NCBI GenBank assembly: GCA_951406725.2
Contig: OX597825.1
Location: 82,646,001 to 82,710,000, forward strand
Length of the DNA: 64,000 bases
Source of the DNA: Octopus vulgaris
Taxonomy: Eukaryota
Direction: 5' to 3'
The translations under genes and the position numbers were made by a program. A model generated the notes under the pieces. The model saw only the letters and a list, made by a program, of their open reading frames with translations. It searched no databases and was not told where the DNA came from. This document shows, piece after piece, positions 59,441-64,000 of this stretch (position 1 is the first letter of the stretch; every line of letters begins with the position of its first letter).

Positions 59441-59706
59441 CATACATACATACATACATACATACATACATACATACATACATACATACATACATACATA
59501 CATACGTACATACATACATACATACGTACATACATACATACATACATACATACATACATACATACATACATACATACATACATACATACATACATACATA
59601 CATACATACATACATACATACATACATACATACATACATACATACATACATACATACATACATACGTACATACATACATACATACATAAATACATATATA
59701 CATACA
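59107..59706. repeat. ~600-bp (CATA)n microsatellite
   Basis: Direct reading; lies at the 3' end of a minus-strand RTE fragment. Confidence 0.95.
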
Positions 59707-60187
59707 TTATTATGGCTGCCCCCTCGTTATCGAGTATGCCCATTGCACGAAGCTTAAGCGTTATTGGTGCTGTGATGGAATGTGACTTTTTACCCCAGCT
59801 AAAGATCTGCAATGTCTTGGACAGAATTAGCACTAAAACCTTTTTTTTAGTTGCCAATTTTGTACAAGACATTCTAGGTTAGAAACCGGCACTTTCTCCA
59901 TTGGCAAGAAATTTTGAAATAAAACTGAATATTGACATACATACATAGATATATACACACATATATATATACATAATACGTGTATAATTATACATACATA
60001 CGTACATACATACATACATAAATACATATATACATACATATTATGGCTGCCCCCTCGTTATCGAGTATGCCCATTGCACAAAGCTTAAGCGTTATTGGTG
60101 CTGTGATGGAATGTGACTTTTACCCCAGCTAAAGATCTGCAATGTCTTCGACAGAATTAGCACTAAAACCTTTTTTTTAGTTTCCAA
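59707..60187 (-). mobile_element. two tandem RTE-like LINE 3' ends with (TATG)n tails
   Basis: Minus strand C*FCPRHCRSLAGVKSH resembles an RTE C-terminal zinc motif; copies 59712-59857 and 60043-60187. Confidence 0.6.
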
Positions 60188-60556
60188 TCATCAGCTGGTA
60201 AAACCGATCCGGCTTATATTTGAAATACCGTTTGTTTGAATAATTTTTGAAATATGAAATGAAAATCTAAAGTAAACACTTACCACCAGATTCCTTTGTG
60301 TCATTTTATAGATATGTATGTATGTATGTATGTATGTGAATGTGTTTATACAGCTTTCTAGTATTTTTACAGAAGATCTGTATTGGGATCCCAGGGGGCA
60401 GCCTTAGAATTTTTCTTTCCAAACACAATGTTCCGCTCGTAATATTTATGGCGTATCTACTTGGAGTTCAACCGTTAGAAATGCTTAGTCATAAATAAAG
60501 CCCTCTATGTACAAATATTACACACACGCACATACACACAGACATATACATGCATG

Positions 60557-60611
<55 letters not shown>

Positions 60612-60687
60612 AGAAGAGAGAGATTCACGTAACACACAGACATATATATATACATATACATATGGAGGGAGAGGTATTTACATAAGC

Positions 60688-60761
<74 letters not shown>

Positions 60762-61529
60762 TTCACGAATAATTGTAAACTCATACACAAACGCAAATGC
60801 GTATATATTATATGCAGTGTACGGGGATTATTAAAATAAATTTGCTATTGTAAACCCTGGCACGGGCTGTTGCTCTTTATGCGATTTAGAAAATGGGCAT
60901 TTATGACAAAAAAATAATGCTTTGCTATAGAGACAGCGAACGTCAATGCCATTACAGTGAACATATGCGAATAACCCTGACTTATATTGAGGAAGTAAAA
61001 CAGGGCCACATTTAAAGCAGCTTGATGAACACGAATTATAGCATGGAAAGTGCATCGGAATAAAACTGAAGGAAAAGAAAAAAAAAATGTAGGAAAATTG
61101 TGCGTAGGCTCACATACACATATGCGCAGGGTCCGATATTCATATGCGAATGCTTACATGAATGCACACATGCACAAAATGCCAGCACACACACAATTGT
61201 ACACTCATCTCCACAACTTGAACACGCGCATACATACAAACAGACACACACACACACACACACACACTTATACTTTCATACACACAATACATAAGTGTGT
61301 GAAGGTGTATGTATGTCCGAATGTTTGCTAGTATTTATGTGCTTACGAGTGTATATTCAATGTGTGTGCATACACACACACACACACACACACATATGTA
61401 TATATATATATATATATGCACATTGAATATACACTCGTACGCTTATAACTACTAAAATAAATACATATGTGGCACATGCGCATGTGTATATGTATATACA
61501 TAGCTATATATATCTACATGTATACATAC

Positions 61530-61576
<47 letters not shown>

Positions 61577-62105
61577 TACATATACATACATGTATATAAA
61601 TATATATATACATACATATACATACATATATAAAAATATATATACATACATATACATATATATATGTATGTATGAATATATATATATATATATATATATA
61701 TAGATATATATATAGATATATATATATATATATACACGAATTTTGAAATAAAGCAAGACATAAGTATGTAGATAGATATAAACAGATATATAGAGAGCGG
61801 GGAGTGATGAGAGGATGTCAGAAAAACGCGTGGTCTGTGGGCGTTTCTGTGCCTCTCACCATGTGTACAATAGTGTGAGAGTAGGTGTGTGCGAACGTGT
61901 GTGTGATTGTGTTCCCCCCTTTCATGTTGTGTGCCGGTAATAGGTTATCAACAGACCTACTTATTCCGCTGATGTAACCATTCCTCATGCACGTACAACG
62001 AGAATTCAACCTTTTGTTATTTTAAACAAGTAACGGCCATTGTTTACACCGTATACCACATACCTCATGTTATAGCTTAATATACTACCTTTTGAAAATA
62101 GGCAC

Positions 62106-62530
<425 letters not shown>

Positions 62531-62884
62531 TTGTATATTTAAATATTATGTGTTGCTTCTCAGATATCCGTATTATACAAGCCTTCCTCAATGGCCCTGT
62601 CGTTCTTCAGGAAGTTGCTTTCATTATTTCCCTCAGCTCATACTTGAAACAGAATACGGTCTTTCAGCGATGCTAATGACATAATGTATTTAAACGTGCA
62701 GCTTATCTTTTACCATTATCTTTGAATCCCTTACCATTCTTTGAATGACACATGTGGGATTCTATTTAGTAAAAGATTTTTTTATTCTATATTGTTTTTC
62801 AAACGGCTGATGATTTTGGTTAAACTATCATAGCCTCGACTTATTTTACGACATTATTTCATGCAGTTTACATTGCGTTCTGGT

Positions 62885-63076
62885 TTAGGCACAAACCAAC
62901 ATTTTTATGGAAAGGGAGCCATTCAGTTTCATCGACTCCCAACTTGACTGGTCCTATATTTCATTGACCTTGAAAAGATGAAAGCACCTTTTTTTTCTCA
63001 TCGGCATTTGAGCTCAGAATGTAAGGAGTCGAAATAAATACCGCAAACCGTTATTTTCTTGTTCTGACATTTTAAC
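62885..63076 (-). mobile_element. degenerate SINE family A
   Basis: catcgactccc..gactggtcctatatttcattgaccttgaaaagatgaaag..tttgagctcagaatgt. Confidence 0.55.
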
Positions 63077-63630
63077 GGCTATGCATATTCCACACTTTCA
63101 CAAGTCGCTATTCAAATTTATGTAAGGCGACGAGCTGACTGGAAGCTTACCATTCCGAGTAAAATGTTTATTGGAATGTATTACGTCCGTCTTTACGCTG
63201 TGAGTTCAAATTTCGCTGTGGTCGACCTTGCCTTTCATCCTTTCGGGGTCGATAAATTAAGTACCAGTTACGCACTGGGGTCGATTTAATCGACTTAATC
63301 CGTTTGTCTGTCCTTGTTTGTCCCCTCTGTGTTTAGCCCCTTGTGGGCATTAAAGAAATAGGCTATGCATATTCCACACTTTCACAAGTCGGTATTCAAA
63401 TTTATATAAGGCGACGAGCTGACTGAAAGCTTACCATTCCGAGTAAAATGTTTATTGAAATTTATTACGTCCGTCTTTACGCTGTGAATTCAAATTTCGC
63501 CGTGGTCGACCTTGCCTTTCATCCTCTTGGGTTCCATAAAATATGTACAAGTTGAGAAACTGAAGCCGTATGTAATCGAATACCCCCTCCCCCGAAATTG
63601 CCGGCTGTGTGTGAAAGTTTGTAACAAATA
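63077..63630 (+). mobile_element. old SINE A with 165-bp duplication flanking a young SINE A 3' module
   Basis: Direct repeat 63077-63241 / 63361-63525; intervening 63242-63360 closely matches young copies. Confidence 0.85.
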
Positions 63631-64000
63631 ATAAAGTTTACGCAAATATGTAAAACGAAAATATTGCGATGTTTTGATAACAATCTTCTCATAATAATTT
63701 TATAATTAAAGCTCTTTGACTTACAATCTTAGACCATTTAGAGAAACTGAAGGACCGCTGCAGTATGTGTGTGAATCTGAGAGGGGAATATATTGAATAC
63801 AATCATAAGTAATTGATCCTCCTGTGTTTTCTTTTACCCAAAGCCAGGAACTTTTCCGCATCATCTCGTATTTTTTGGCTTACAGGCTTTTGTTAACCTC
63901 AACAGTAAATTTTAGCCTATTAATATTACACCTCCAATTAGGGAAAAAAATAACTCTTCTTGGAATTGACAATTAAGGAATATCTGAGACGGCATTTGTT

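Noticed and set aside
63077-63525. Four of about seven differences between the duplicates are G/A, hinting at A-to-I editing
   Set aside because: Too few sites; at least one G is the SINE consensus state, so ordinary transitions suffice

Overview
AT-rich eukaryotic non-coding DNA with extreme microsatellite density ((TA)n, (CA)n, (GATA)n, (CATA)n, (TAA)n, (CAT)n, (CAC)n). Composition and SINE types suggest an octopus/cephalopod intron or intergenic region; this is inferred, not proven. No intact host gene was found, and almost all of the ORF track is microsatellite translation. The window is a mosaic of decayed transposons: Penelope-like GIY-YIG, RTE, R4/Dong, Tx1, Ty3/Gypsy, Tigger and mariner remnants, non-autonomous Helitrons, MITE/foldback elements and at least three tRNA-type SINE families. 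Two signals stand out. (1) Several families of short (TA)n-associated Penelope pLTR-like elements carry minimal hammerhead-ribozyme motifs with non-canonical cores (CCGACGA, CUGUUGA, UUGAAAA) and stem covariation, often as head-to-head palindromes. (2) A SINE 3' module appears to re-enter older SINE copies by homology, leaving 165-184 bp duplications. All analysis was by eye, so degenerate-element boundaries are approximate.
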